DNA of 64,000 bases, taken from contig JAHFHF010000002.1 in the NCBI GenBank assembly GCA_023247055.1, positions 16,710 through 80,709 on the forward strand, read 5' to 3'. The notes under the pieces were generated by a model. The model was given only the letters and a program-made list of their open reading frames with translations. It had not been told where the DNA came from and ran no database searches. The stretch is from Candidatus Omnitrophota bacterium (GTDB taxonomy: Bacteria > Omnitrophota > Omnitrophia > Omnitrophales > Aquincolibacteriaceae). Below are positions 20,224-29,568 of the stretch, piece by piece. The translations under genes were made by a program, and so were the position numbers. The stretch's first letter is position 1. Every line of letters starts with the position of its first letter.

Positions 20224-20928
20224 TTAAATCAAACCGGCTTCCCGGAAACTGAAATGCTGATTGTCTCCGACAATAATGTGGTCCAGCACGCGAATAGAAA
20301 CCGTATCGCAGGCCGCCTTGATTTTTTCCGTCAACTTGCGGTCTTCAGGACTGGGCTCGACCCTGCCGGAAGGATGATTATGAACCAGAATCAGCGCCGA
20401 TGCAAACCGGTCGAGCGCGGCCTTGACCACCTCGCGCGGATGAACGGCGGCTTCATCAATCGTCCCATGGAAAAGATCGCTTTCTCCAGTGACACGGTTG
20501 GCTTTATCGAGAAAAAGCACTTTAAAAACTTCACGCTTACGGTCGCGCAGCGCGGCATAAAGATACTGAACCACCGCCTGAGGATCACGGATAACATCAC
20601 GGGCGGGAACATCCTCCAGCAGATACCGCTTTGTCAGTTCAGCCACAGCCAGGAGCGCCGCACTTTTAGCGCTGCCCAATCCCTTAATTTTTCCTAACTG
20701 CGCAGCGTCCGCATGCAGCAGCCCGCGCAATCCGCCAAACCGGCCCAGAAGATTCCGCCCCAGCGCCACGGCATCCTGACCGTGTGTGCCGTTGCGAAGC
20801 AGAATTGCCACAAGTTCCGCCTCGCTCAACCGGCCCGCTTCGCCGCCCAACAGGCGCTCCCGGGGCCGCTCTGCCTCCGGCCAGGCTTTGATTCCACAGG
20901 GTGTTTTTGAGTTTGTCACAGTTGTCAT
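20224..20928 (-). CDS. radC: RadC-family JAB-domain protein
   Basis: HhH segment plus the JAMM motif HNHPSG; start at M14, preceded by AGGAGAG. Confidence 0.82.
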   Translation of the reverse strand: MTTVTNSKTPCGIKAWPEAERPRERLLGGEAGRLSEAELVAILLRNGTHGQDAVALGRNLLGRFGGLRGLLHADAAQLGKIKGLGSAKSAALLAVAELTKRYLLEDVPARDVIRDPQAVVQYLYAALRDRKREVFKVLFLDKANRVTGESDLFHGTIDEAAVHPREVVKAALDRFASALILVHNHPSGRVEPSPEDRKLTEKIKAACDTVSIRVLDHIIVGDNQHFSFREAGLI

Positions 20929-21056
20929 ACCGACTCTCCTTTTGGGTGATTGCAAAAGGTGAGTCACGTGAACACCATGACTTTTACACCGGCTGATTCT
21001 GCGCGAATGAGCCAGGAACCCGGTTGAATTTTAGACTATTTCCGCATGTCCGTTCT

Positions 21057-21203
21057 TGTCATTCCCGCCTCTGCGTGGAAGCCGAGACGGTCATGCTCGC
21101 CGCTGTTGGCGGCGTGTCATTCCCGCCTCTGCGTGGAAGCCGAGACGGTCATGCTCGCCGCTGTTGGCGGCGTGTCATTCCCGCATGCTTTTGGCGGGAA
21201 TCA
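21057..21203. repeat. Type-1 repeat: two tandem 58-bp units plus a terminal hairpin (tgtcattcccgc-atgcttttg-gcgggaatc)
   Basis: Two exact 58-bp direct repeats starting TGTCATTCCCGCCTCTGCGTGGAAGCCGAGAC, then a 9-bp-stem hairpin and a T-tract. Confidence 0.8.
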
Positions 21204-21252
21204 GCGCTTTTTGACGTTCTCGAATGCCCTTGTCAAGGGCCCAGCAAGCCTG

Positions 21253-21310
21253 ATCCCCGACAAAGACATTCGGGGATGACATTGTGTGCGCGACCGCACA
21301 CACAATGTCA
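21253..21310 (-). terminator. Two stem-loops immediately after the mutL stop
   Basis: gacattgtgtgcg-cgac-cgcacacacaatgtc (13-bp stem) and atccccg-acaaagacatt-cggggat. Confidence 0.35.
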
Positions 21311-23110
21311 CTTTCGTTTAAACTGTCTTTCAAGATCTGAAAACGTCTGCTTAAAAAAAGTAGGCCGGCCGTGCGGACAATGAAACGGATTGTCGCAGAC
21401 AGCCAGGCGCACAATCAGCGATTTAAGTTTTTCCGGCGCCAGCGCATCATGCGCTTTGACGGATTTACGCTTACAGGCAAAAAGCGCGGCGATTTCTTCT
21501 TCATAATCCTCAAGCCGCGTTTTTGTTTTTTCGTCCTCTTTTTCTTCCAGAAAATGGCGCAGAACTTCGGCGGGCGCTTCGTCCTGAAGCACGGCCGGAT
21601 AAGCACGGACGACCACGGTATTTTCGCCGAATTCTTCAGCCTCAAAGCCCATTTTTTCCAAAAGCGGCTGGGCCGCGCGGAAAACCTCGAGCTGGCGCGG
21701 ATGCAGCGTCAGCACATCTTCCACCAAAAGCCCTTGTTTTTGGGCGCCGCCGGAGCGCATTTCTTTGAGCAGCGTCTCAAACATGATGCGCTCATGCGCG
21801 GCATGCTGGTCGACCATAATCAGTCCGTCCTCAGTCTCAGCCACAATAAACGTGTGGTGGATTTGGCCCAGAATCTTGGTGACGCGAAACTGATCACGGA
21901 TGGCGATGCCCGCAGGCGCTGAAACCGCTTCGCGCTCGGGCACTTGAAAAATACCGGGATCCGCCGTACGCACCACCGGCTCTGCGGTCATGAATGTTTC
22001 TTGCCGGTAGTCTGTTTTTGCCAGCGGCCTTTCGCCGGAGTCAGGAAACGGGGTACGCCGCGGCAGCGGATCAAGCGGCTCAGCCGCGTCTTTTTTGATT
22101 TTAAGCGTCGGCGCAAGGTCGCCGGATTGCTGAAGGGCCTGCGCTACGGCCTGGCTTAAAAGCGAACGTACTTCAGGTTCGTTCGAAATACGGACTTCCT
22201 GTTTGGTCGGATGCACATTGACGTCCACTTTGGCCGGATCCACCTCAATAAAAACAACGGCCACCGGATATTGACCGTGCATCAAGGCGCCGTGATAGCC
22301 CCCATGCAAGGCATAACTGAGAGACTGCGATTTGATCAGCCGGCGATTGACCAGCAGCACCTGTCCCGTGCGGTTGGATTTGGCCATGAAAGGCTTGCCG
22401 GTTACACCCCATACTTTGGCATGATGGCCTTCACCGCGGAACTCGATAAAATGCCCCGCCTGTTCGTCGCCATAAATCATCGCCGCCCGGGCGCGTAAAT
22501 CCTGCCCCGGCACGAGGTCCAAAAGCGTACGGCCGCCGGACTTCAGCATAAACCCAGCATCAGGCATGGCCAGTGCAATGTGCGCGACGGCATCGACGAT
22601 ATGGCCTAACTCCGTGGAGTCGCCTTTCATGAATTTGCGGCGGGCAGGCGTATTAAAAAATAAATCGCGGACTTCGATAATCGTGCCCTCGCGGCAGGGC
22701 GCTTCCCGCACCGAGGTCTTGTGACCTCCTTCGACTTTGACTTCCACTCCGGAAGCGCGGCCGCGGGCCCGCGTGGTCATGGTCGTACGCGAAACGGCTG
22801 AAATGCTGGCAAGGGCTTCTCCCCGGAATCCGTAAGAAGCAATCGCCTCCAGATCTTCCGCCGTAAAAATTTTGCTCGTAGCGTGACGTTGAAAAGCTAA
22901 TTCGGCATCCTGCGGGTCCATACCCGCGCCGTCATCGGCCACCCGGATCAGGCTTTTGCCGCCATGCTCGACTGTGATTTCCAGCGACCGGGCGCCGGCA
23001 TCCAGCGCATTTTCGATCAATTCTTTGACCACCGAAGCCGGCCGCTCAACCACTTCCCCGGCCGCAATTTTATTGGCAATAATTTCAGGCAGAACCTGGA
23101 TTTTTCCCAT
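21308..23110 (-). CDS. mutL: DNA mismatch repair protein MutL
   Basis: 600 aa; GHKL ATPase N-terminus ELIENALDAG...VADDGAGM and a C-terminal dimerisation domain. Confidence 0.95.
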   Translation of the reverse strand: MGKIQVLPEIIANKIAAGEVVERPASVVKELIENALDAGARSLEITVEHGGKSLIRVADDGAGMDPQDAELAFQRHATSKIFTAEDLEAIASYGFRGEALASISAVSRTTMTTRARGRASGVEVKVEGGHKTSVREAPCREGTIIEVRDLFFNTPARRKFMKGDSTELGHIVDAVAHIALAMPDAGFMLKSGGRTLLDLVPGQDLRARAAMIYGDEQAGHFIEFRGEGHHAKVWGVTGKPFMAKSNRTGQVLLVNRRLIKSQSLSYALHGGYHGALMHGQYPVAVVFIEVDPAKVDVNVHPTKQEVRISNEPEVRSLLSQAVAQALQQSGDLAPTLKIKKDAAEPLDPLPRRTPFPDSGERPLAKTDYRQETFMTAEPVVRTADPGIFQVPEREAVSAPAGIAIRDQFRVTKILGQIHHTFIVAETEDGLIMVDQHAAHERIMFETLLKEMRSGGAQKQGLLVEDVLTLHPRQLEVFRAAQPLLEKMGFEAEEFGENTVVVRAYPAVLQDEAPAEVLRHFLEEKEDEKTKTRLEDYEEEIAALFACKRKSVKAHDALAPEKLKSLIVRLAVCDNPFHCPHGRPTFFKQTFSDLERQFKRK

Positions 23111-23127
23111 AATTCCTCATTTTACCC

Positions 23128-23245
23128 TTTGTCATTGCGACCTGCAGTAGCAAGGCACGCTGCTTTTTAGCGGGCAACGAAGCAATCTGCTTTTAAAAAC
23201 GAGATTGCTTCGGCCTCAAATGGAACCCCGCCTCGCAATGACAAA
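23128..23245. repeat. Type-2 TIR repeat (TTTGTCATTGCGA ... TCGCAATGACAAA) with an internal 11-bp-stem palindrome
   Basis: Perfect 13-bp TIRs; internal cgaagcaatct-gcttttaaaaac-gagattgcttcg; fills the mutS-mutL intergenic gap. Confidence 0.75.
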
Positions 23246-23249
23246 TGAG

Positions 23250-25889
23250 TTATAATTTTTCTTTCCACTCAGCAATTTTATTGAGCGCCTGCAGCGGTGT
23301 CAGGCCGTCCAGGCTCAACGTGCGTAATTCATCAAGCAGCGGATGCTGTTTCGGAGCCGCATCAAAAAGACCCGGCTGGGGCGCTTCTTTTTTTGAGCGG
23401 CCTTTAGCGCTCTTGCCTTCGATAATCTGCGTAGCTTCCGTGTTTTCGCTCTCAAGAATCGCCAGAATTTTTTCAGCACGTTCAGTCACGGCCTTGGGAA
23501 TGCCCGCCAGGCGCGCGACGTGGATGCCGTAGCTGCGATCGGATCCGCCGCGCACCACTTTGCGCAAAAAAACAATGCCATCCCGCGTTTCGCGCACAGT
23601 GATATTATAATTTTTGATGCCCGGAAAATGTTCTTCAAGCTGAGTCAATTCGTGATAGTGCGTGGCAAAAAGCGTACGCGGCCGCACAGGGCCGCCGGCC
23701 AGAAATTCGCAAATGGCCCAGGCAATACTGACGCCGTCAAAGGTGGACGTACCGCGCCCGACCTCATCCAGAATCAGCAGGCTTTGCGTCGTGGCTTTCT
23801 GCAGAATGTGTGCCGTCTCAACCATCTCGACCATAAAGGTGCTTTCGCCGCGCGCCAAATCGTCAGAAGCGCCGATGCGCGTAAAAATACGGTCCACCAA
23901 ACCCGCGCGTACGCGGCGGGCCGGCACGTAAGAACCGATCTGGGCCAGCAGCACAATCAACGCGGTTTGACGGATGTAGGTGGATTTACCAGCCATGTTC
24001 GGGCCGGTCAGGACCGCAAGCTGGTTTTCGGCGGTGTCCAGATGCACGTCGTTTTCCACAAACTGGCCGGCCGGCAGCATCATTTCAACCACGGGGTGGC
24101 GTCCGGCTTCAATCACTAACTCTCCCGAAACAGCAATCTCAGGCGCCACCCATTTGCGCTGCAGCGCTGTGAGCGCCAGCGCAGCGAGGCTGTCCAAAAT
24201 CCCAATGGCGCGCGCCATGGTCTGAAGCGGCTCAAGCGACGACAAAATGCTCGCGCGGATTTGATTAAAAATCTCATACTCAAGCGCTTTGACCTTGTCC
24301 TCAGCCCCGGAGATTTTTTCATCCCAAGTTTTAAGTTCAGGCACGATAAAACGCTCGGCATTGGCCAGCGTCTGGCGGCGAATGTAATCCGGCGGCACCA
24401 GATGTGAGTTGGCAGTGCTGATTTCAATGGTATAGCCGAAAACTTGCGAATACTTCATGCGCAGGGACTTAATGCCGGTTCGTTCGATTTCGCGCTTTTG
24501 AAATTCGAGAATCCAGTTTTTACCGTTGCGCGCAATTTCGCGCATTTCATCGAGTTCTTTAGAATACCCGTCCCGGATCATACCGCCCTCGCGCACGGAA
24601 AGAGGCGGCGTTTCAACAATAGCCCGCTCGATTTCATTTTTAAGTTCAGGAAATACGCGGATCAGACTGGCTGATTTTTTCAAAATCACGCTTTGGACCG
24701 GCGCGAGCAGCTGCAGAATTTCCGGCACGCGGGCAAGAAAAATCTGCAGATTGACCAGGTCGCGTGCATTGGCCACGCCGTAGTTCAAACGGCTAAGCGT
24801 GCGTTCCACATCTTTGACGCCTTTGAAGAGGCCGCGCAGCGTATTGAGCCATTCGGGTTTGTGCGCCAACTCACCGACCCCGGCCTGGCGCGCCCGGATT
24901 TCTTCGGCGCCGAGCAAGGGATGCGTCACCCATTGATAGAGCGTGCGCGTTCCCATGGAGGTCAGGGTCTGATCCAGCGTCGAAAGCAGGGTCGGTCCTT
25001 GCTTGTCGCTTAAAGAACTTACGAGTTCCAGACTGCGCTGGGTCTGGCGGTCGAGCACCATAAATTCATGGGCTTCCATCAAAGACGGCAGCTGCAGATG
25101 ATCGAGCGCCGTATGCAGATGATCACGCAAGTAATAGAGAATCGCACCGCAGGCACTCACCGCCGCCGAACGGTCATGAAAACTCAGGCTTTGGCGCGAG
25201 GCCAGCTTGAATTTTTCCTGAATGAGGCGCAGGCAGTCGGCGGATTCAAAAACCCAGTCTTCATAGACCGTGACCGTGGCCTTGAGGCCGTCTTTTAAAA
25301 AACACGTCAGGGCTTCGTCTTTTTCCAAGCTTTTGGCGGCAATCACTTCGCGCGGCGCAAGCAGCGCCAGTTCGCCGCACAGGCGCTCCTGCGGCACTTC
25401 GCGCACGCAAAACTCGCCGGTGCTCAATTCGAGGTAAGCGACGGCCCATTGGCCGGCCGAACCGCGGGCCAGCGCGCACATATATTCAAACGCTTTGGAA
25501 CGGGTTTCATCCTCGAGATAGGTTGCGGGAGAAACAATGCGCGTGATCTTGCGTTCCACCAGCCCCTTGCCGGGCGTAACCTCGCCCACCTGTTCGCAGA
25601 TGGCCACTTTGAAATTGTGGTCGATCAATGTCCGGATATAGCCCTGCGAGGAGTGGTAAGGAATGCCGCACATGGGTACGCGGCCCGCCTCGCCGCCTTC
25701 ACGTCCGGTCAAGGTAATATCCAGAAGTTCAGAGGCTTTGAGTGCGTCTTCAAAGAACATTTCATAAAAATCCCCCAGCCGGAAAAAAAGAATGGTTTGA
25801 GAGGGCAGGGATTTCTTAATGGAGCGGTACTGCTCCATCATGGGAGTCAATTTGGGTTCAGCCGGAGATGTAAGGGATGTCGTCAGCAT
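23250..25889 (-). CDS. mutS: DNA mismatch repair protein MutS
   Basis: 879 aa; Walker A GPNMAGKST; N-terminal mismatch-binding FYEMF motif. Confidence 0.96.
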   Translation of the reverse strand: MLTTSLTSPAEPKLTPMMEQYRSIKKSLPSQTILFFRLGDFYEMFFEDALKASELLDITLTGREGGEAGRVPMCGIPYHSSQGYIRTLIDHNFKVAICEQVGEVTPGKGLVERKITRIVSPATYLEDETRSKAFEYMCALARGSAGQWAVAYLELSTGEFCVREVPQERLCGELALLAPREVIAAKSLEKDEALTCFLKDGLKATVTVYEDWVFESADCLRLIQEKFKLASRQSLSFHDRSAAVSACGAILYYLRDHLHTALDHLQLPSLMEAHEFMVLDRQTQRSLELVSSLSDKQGPTLLSTLDQTLTSMGTRTLYQWVTHPLLGAEEIRARQAGVGELAHKPEWLNTLRGLFKGVKDVERTLSRLNYGVANARDLVNLQIFLARVPEILQLLAPVQSVILKKSASLIRVFPELKNEIERAIVETPPLSVREGGMIRDGYSKELDEMREIARNGKNWILEFQKREIERTGIKSLRMKYSQVFGYTIEISTANSHLVPPDYIRRQTLANAERFIVPELKTWDEKISGAEDKVKALEYEIFNQIRASILSSLEPLQTMARAIGILDSLAALALTALQRKWVAPEIAVSGELVIEAGRHPVVEMMLPAGQFVENDVHLDTAENQLAVLTGPNMAGKSTYIRQTALIVLLAQIGSYVPARRVRAGLVDRIFTRIGASDDLARGESTFMVEMVETAHILQKATTQSLLILDEVGRGTSTFDGVSIAWAICEFLAGGPVRPRTLFATHYHELTQLEEHFPGIKNYNITVRETRDGIVFLRKVVRGGSDRSYGIHVARLAGIPKAVTERAEKILAILESENTEATQIIEGKSAKGRSKKEAPQPGLFDAAPKQHPLLDELRTLSLDGLTPLQALNKIAEWKEKL

Positions 25890-25934
25890 ACAAAGGCCTT
25901 ATTCTACCAAAGGCCTTTGGCTTCGGAAAGAGAC

Positions 25935-26423
25935 TTATCCCAGCGTTGTAGGAGGTTGCTTTTCCAAGGCTAAAAGGCGTTCCAAGCGGCGGTTCAGGTC
26001 TTGGACCTCATCCAGAGGGGTTCTCTTGAGCGCCTCCGCGGCCTGGCTGCGGATGGAGGCCAAAAAGGCCTCTAAATCAAAGGGCTTCATCATGAAATCA
26101 CTGACCCCCAGCCGGAAAGCCTGCTGGCGTGAATCCGGCGAATCATAGGCCGTAATCACGATAAAACCCGACGCCCCGGCGCCAGCACGGTCCTGGAATT
26201 TGCGGATATGCTCAAGCGTCATCAGTCCGTCCAGGCCTGGCATGCGGATATCGCAGAGTACCAAATGAAAAAAGCCGCTTTTCGCTTTGCGGATGCCCTC
26301 ATAACCGTCTGTAGCCAAGTCCACCATAAAGCCTTCTTTTTCCAGAATTTTTTTGAGGGTCTTGCGCAGCAGCGGATCATCATCAATGACCAGAATAAAA
26401 CCCTTAGGATCTTTTGGCGGCAT
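25935..26423 (-). CDS. Response-regulator receiver-domain protein
   Basis: ILVIDDD...VLCDIRMPGLDG receiver motifs; no output domain. Confidence 0.75.
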   Translation of the reverse strand: MPPKDPKGFILVIDDDPLLRKTLKKILEKEGFMVDLATDGYEGIRKAKSGFFHLVLCDIRMPGLDGLMTLEHIRKFQDRAGAGASGFIVITAYDSPDSRQQAFRLGVSDFMMKPFDLEAFLASIRSQAAEALKRTPLDEVQDLNRRLERLLALEKQPPTTLG

Positions 26424-26424
26424 T

Positions 26425-27258
26425 TTAAAGGGCCTGGCTTAACGCGATGAATTGATCGAGCGATAAGGTTTCCCCGCGCACTTTGGACGGCAAGTGGAGG
26501 CGCTCCAGGACTTCGCGGATGGCTTCACGGGTTTTAGAAATTTCCGGGCTGCCGGCGAGTAAGGGCAGCAGGGTCTTGCGGCGCTGGCTGAAAGCAGTCC
26601 GGACCAAATTAAAAAGACGCGCTTCCTGGTCTGGCGGCAGCCGCTCGGCCGCGGGTTTAAAAATCAATTCCACGACGCTTGAATCCACCTGAGGCCGCGG
26701 CGTAAAACAGGAGGGCGGAACGTCCCGCACCGGATGGATGCGCGTATAATACTGACAGCCTACGCTCAGACGTCCGTAATCCTTGGTTCCGGGTTTGGCC
26801 GCAAGACGTCTTGCCACTTCGCGCTGCATCATTAAAACAGCGCGTGAAAAAAAAGTATGCTGTTCAAAAAGACGGAAAAGAATCGGGGCCGTCACGTAAT
26901 AAGGCAGGTTACTGATCACCTTCCAGGAACCTTCCGCGCCGCCGTGTTTGGCAAAATCAAACTCGAGAAAATCCGCGCAGTAAAGATCAAACTGTTTGCC
27001 ATAGACGGGTTTTAATTCCGCTTCAAGCACCGCCGCAAACCTCGGATCTTTTTCCACGGCTGCTACATGAGCGCCGGAGGCCAAAAGCTCCCCTGTCAAG
27101 GCGCCCAAGCCTGGGCCAATTTCCAACACACGGTCGTTCGGCGTCAGTTCCAAAGCTTCGACGATTTTCCGGCTGACATTGGCATCGATCAGAATGTGCT
27201 GGCCCAGACGGCCGCGCACGTTCAACCCGTATTTTTTTAGCAGATCCACTTGCGTCAT
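26425..27258 (-). CDS. rsmA: 16S rRNA (adenine1518/1519-N6)-dimethyltransferase
   Basis: GQHILID...VLEIGPGLGALT SAM motif; 277 aa. Confidence 0.9.
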   Translation of the reverse strand: MTQVDLLKKYGLNVRGRLGQHILIDANVSRKIVEALELTPNDRVLEIGPGLGALTGELLASGAHVAAVEKDPRFAAVLEAELKPVYGKQFDLYCADFLEFDFAKHGGAEGSWKVISNLPYYVTAPILFRLFEQHTFFSRAVLMMQREVARRLAAKPGTKDYGRLSVGCQYYTRIHPVRDVPPSCFTPRPQVDSSVVELIFKPAAERLPPDQEARLFNLVRTAFSQRRKTLLPLLAGSPEISKTREAIREVLERLHLPSKVRGETLSLDQFIALSQAL

Positions 27259-27296
27259 GAGTTTTTTCTTTCGTCAAAAGTAGACTTAATCCCCTC

Positions 27297-27345
27297 TTTG
27301 TCATTGCGAGGCAGGGTTCACCCTGAAGCCGAAGCAATCTCCGCA
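27297..27345. repeat. Truncated type-2 repeat (left TIR TTTGTCATTGCGAG plus the cgaagcaatctc core)
   Basis: Left half matches the 23128 and 17483 copies; the right TIR is absent. Confidence 0.5.
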
Positions 27346-27358
27346 CCCAGAATATTTT

Positions 27359-28345
27359 CTAGACCAGTGACTCCGCAAGCCGCAGCGAAGCCTGCATCGA
27401 GGAAGCATCGGCCTTGCCGCGATAAGCAATATCAAAGGCCGTGCCGTGATCAGGTGAGGTGCGGACAAAAGGCAGCCCGAGAGTCGTATTCACGCCATCA
27501 TGGAAAGCGACCATTTTAAAAGGGGCCAGCGCCTGATCGTGGTACATGCTGATCAAGCCGTGGTACTGCCCGTTGTAAGCATCGTAAAAAAGACGGTCGG
27601 CGGAGACCGGGCCTTCAGCCTGTATGCCCCGCCGGCGCGCAGCCCGGACCGCCGGGACTAGAATCCGGTCTTCTTCCTTGCCGGTTTCGCGGCCATGCGG
27701 ATTGAGCGCCGCAATGCCGAGGCGCGGATGGCGGATGCCCATGCGTTGTTTTAGAAATTCGTGCGTCAAAATAATTTTTTCAAGAACACCGGCGCGCGTA
27801 ATTTTTGAACTGACGTCTTTTAACGCCACATGGATCGTAGCCAGTGTCACTTTGAGGCGCGGACTTACAAACATCATGGCGAATTTTTTGACACCGGCGC
27901 GTTCAGCCAGATATTCCGTATGTCCGGAAAATCCCGGCAGAATCATGCGGATCGCCGTTTTATTGAGGGGTGCTGTGACCAGCGCCTGGACCCGCCCGGC
28001 ACAGGCCAGACCGGCGGCACATTCAAGGGCCGCCAAAGCCATGGCCGCATTCTCACGCGAGAGCCTGCCCGGCTGCGGCGCAAGGTCCGTGAGGTTTTTA
28101 GCCGGAGTATCCAGAAAAGCCACGGTTCCGGCCTTGAGGCGCTCAATCTCGCCGGCTTTTACGGCTGTGAACGGAAAATCCAAACCTGTTTTTTTGTGCA
28201 GAAGCCGAAAAGCAGACTGCGGCCCAATCACCAGGTAAACCGAACGGCGCGGACGCGGCAAGTGACGGAGAGTTTTGACGATAATTTCCGGGCCAATCCC
28301 TCCGGGATCTCCGGCGGTCAGCGCAAGAACAGGAAGATTCATCAA
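27359..28345 (-). CDS. pdxA: 4-hydroxythreonine-4-phosphate dehydrogenase
   Basis: 328 aa; conserved GHTEYLA and HVALKDV motifs; surA-pdxA-rsmA order as in E. coli. Confidence 0.88.
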   Translation of the reverse strand: MMNLPVLALTAGDPGGIGPEIIVKTLRHLPRPRRSVYLVIGPQSAFRLLHKKTGLDFPFTAVKAGEIERLKAGTVAFLDTPAKNLTDLAPQPGRLSRENAAMALAALECAAGLACAGRVQALVTAPLNKTAIRMILPGFSGHTEYLAERAGVKKFAMMFVSPRLKVTLATIHVALKDVSSKITRAGVLEKIILTHEFLKQRMGIRHPRLGIAALNPHGRETGKEEDRILVPAVRAARRRGIQAEGPVSADRLFYDAYNGQYHGLISMYHDQALAPFKMVAFHDGVNTTLGLPFVRTSPDHGTAFDIAYRGKADASSMQASLRLAESLV

Positions 28346-28354
28346 AAACCGGCT

Positions 28355-29341
28355 TTAGCGGATGGAAATGTAGGCTTTGCGTTTAAGGTCATTGATCCAC
28401 TCATTAAACCGCGTTTCGGATTTTTGGCGGTACAGGATCGAATAAATTTCTTCGCGCACCTGCTCGAGGCCGCGCTTGCTTCCGCTTCTGATTTCTTCCA
28501 CGCGGAACAAGTGGTAACCCATGGCTGTTTCAACCACGCCTGAGGTTTCGCCGGGCTTGAGTTTAAAAATGACTTGATCAATGGCTTCGATCATGGCGCC
28601 GCGCTCGACCCAGTCCCCCATGCCGCCGTCTTTGGCATTCACATCTTGGGAGTTTTCGCGGGCAACCTCCGCAAAATCCGCGCCGCCGCGAATTTTGGTT
28701 TCGAGCTCATTGATTTTTTGGGAAGCGGCTTCATCTTTCAGGCCTTTTTCACGGGCCTCGTCACTTTTTTTAATGGTCAGCGAACGGACGCGCATGCGGT
28801 CTTTTTCGGTGAACTCTTCAGGGTGTTCCTCGAAATATTTTTCAATCTCGGAAGGCGAAATAATAATTTTAGCGCGAATTTCCTGCTCATGCAGCTGGCG
28901 CACCATTTCTTGTTTTTCAAGGCGCTCGCGCAGGCCGTGCAGCGTGACGCCCTGGGCATTCAAGGCCGTTTCCATAGTTTCGAGCGTTGGAAACTTTTTT
29001 TGAAAGGTCTCCATCTGCTTGTCGATTTGCGCCGCATCCACTTCAATTTTTTTTTCTTTGGCTTCCTGATAAACCAAACGGTCTTCAATCAGCTGATTAA
29101 GGAGTTTCGTGCGGGCCTCATTGAGCTCGCGAAAAAGTTTATCGCCGCTGTAGCGCTGCTTGTAATCTTCATAAATGGGCCGCAGGATCGAATCCAGTTC
29201 ACTTTGGGTGATGGCCTCATCGTTGACTACGGCAATGACCTGATCCAGCAACTGCGTTTGGGCCAAGGCCTGCGAGCCTGCCCCAAAGAGGCTTATCAGC
29301 AGGAAAACAGGCAGACTCTGAAGCCAAAACCGTCTTTTCAT
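28355..29341 (-). CDS. surA: SurA-like periplasmic chaperone / parvulin peptidyl-prolyl isomerase
   Basis: Signal peptide; SurA N-terminal domain; one parvulin domain (GYHLFRVEE). Confidence 0.78.
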   Translation of the reverse strand: MKRRFWLQSLPVFLLISLFGAGSQALAQTQLLDQVIAVVNDEAITQSELDSILRPIYEDYKQRYSGDKLFRELNEARTKLLNQLIEDRLVYQEAKEKKIEVDAAQIDKQMETFQKKFPTLETMETALNAQGVTLHGLRERLEKQEMVRQLHEQEIRAKIIISPSEIEKYFEEHPEEFTEKDRMRVRSLTIKKSDEAREKGLKDEAASQKINELETKIRGGADFAEVARENSQDVNAKDGGMGDWVERGAMIEAIDQVIFKLKPGETSGVVETAMGYHLFRVEEIRSGSKRGLEQVREEIYSILYRQKSETRFNEWINDLKRKAYISIR

Positions 29342-29403
29342 AGGCGTTGTTTATAGCACAGTTTAGGGTCTGATTCAATAAGGCCCGGCAGGCCTCAGAA
29401 CGC

Positions 29404-29568
29404 TGTCATTCGATGACGCTGTGTCATTCCCGCCTCTGCGTGGAAGCCGAGACTGTCATGCGCAGCGCTGTTGGCGCTGTGTCATTCCCGCCTCTGCGTG
29501 GAAGCCGAGACTGTCATGCGCAGCGCTGTTGGCGCTGTGTCATTCCCGCAAGTTTTTGGCGGGAATCT
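29404..29568. repeat. Type-1 repeat: a partial unit, two 58-bp units, and a terminal hairpin that overlaps the mfd stop
   Basis: Units start at 29422 and 29480; hairpin tgtcattcccgc-aagtttttg-gcgggaatc at 29538-29568. Confidence 0.8.

Noticed and set aside
21057-21203. I considered a CRISPR array, because of the regularly spaced 58-bp direct repeats at 21057 and 29422.
   Set aside because: The units are directly contiguous with no unique spacers. They recur as dispersed single copies. There is no leader or cas gene. This is a tandem MITE/REP-like repeat family.
21024-21414. Several six-frame ORFs (21024-21383+, 21046-21279+, 21175-21414-, 29471-29758+, 29482-29730-, 59377-59583+, 210-461+) encode peptides such as LCHSRLCVEAETVMLAAVGGVSFP.
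   Set aside because: They are translations of the repeat units themselves. They lie in intergenic spacers, lack RBSs, and overlap each other on both strands.
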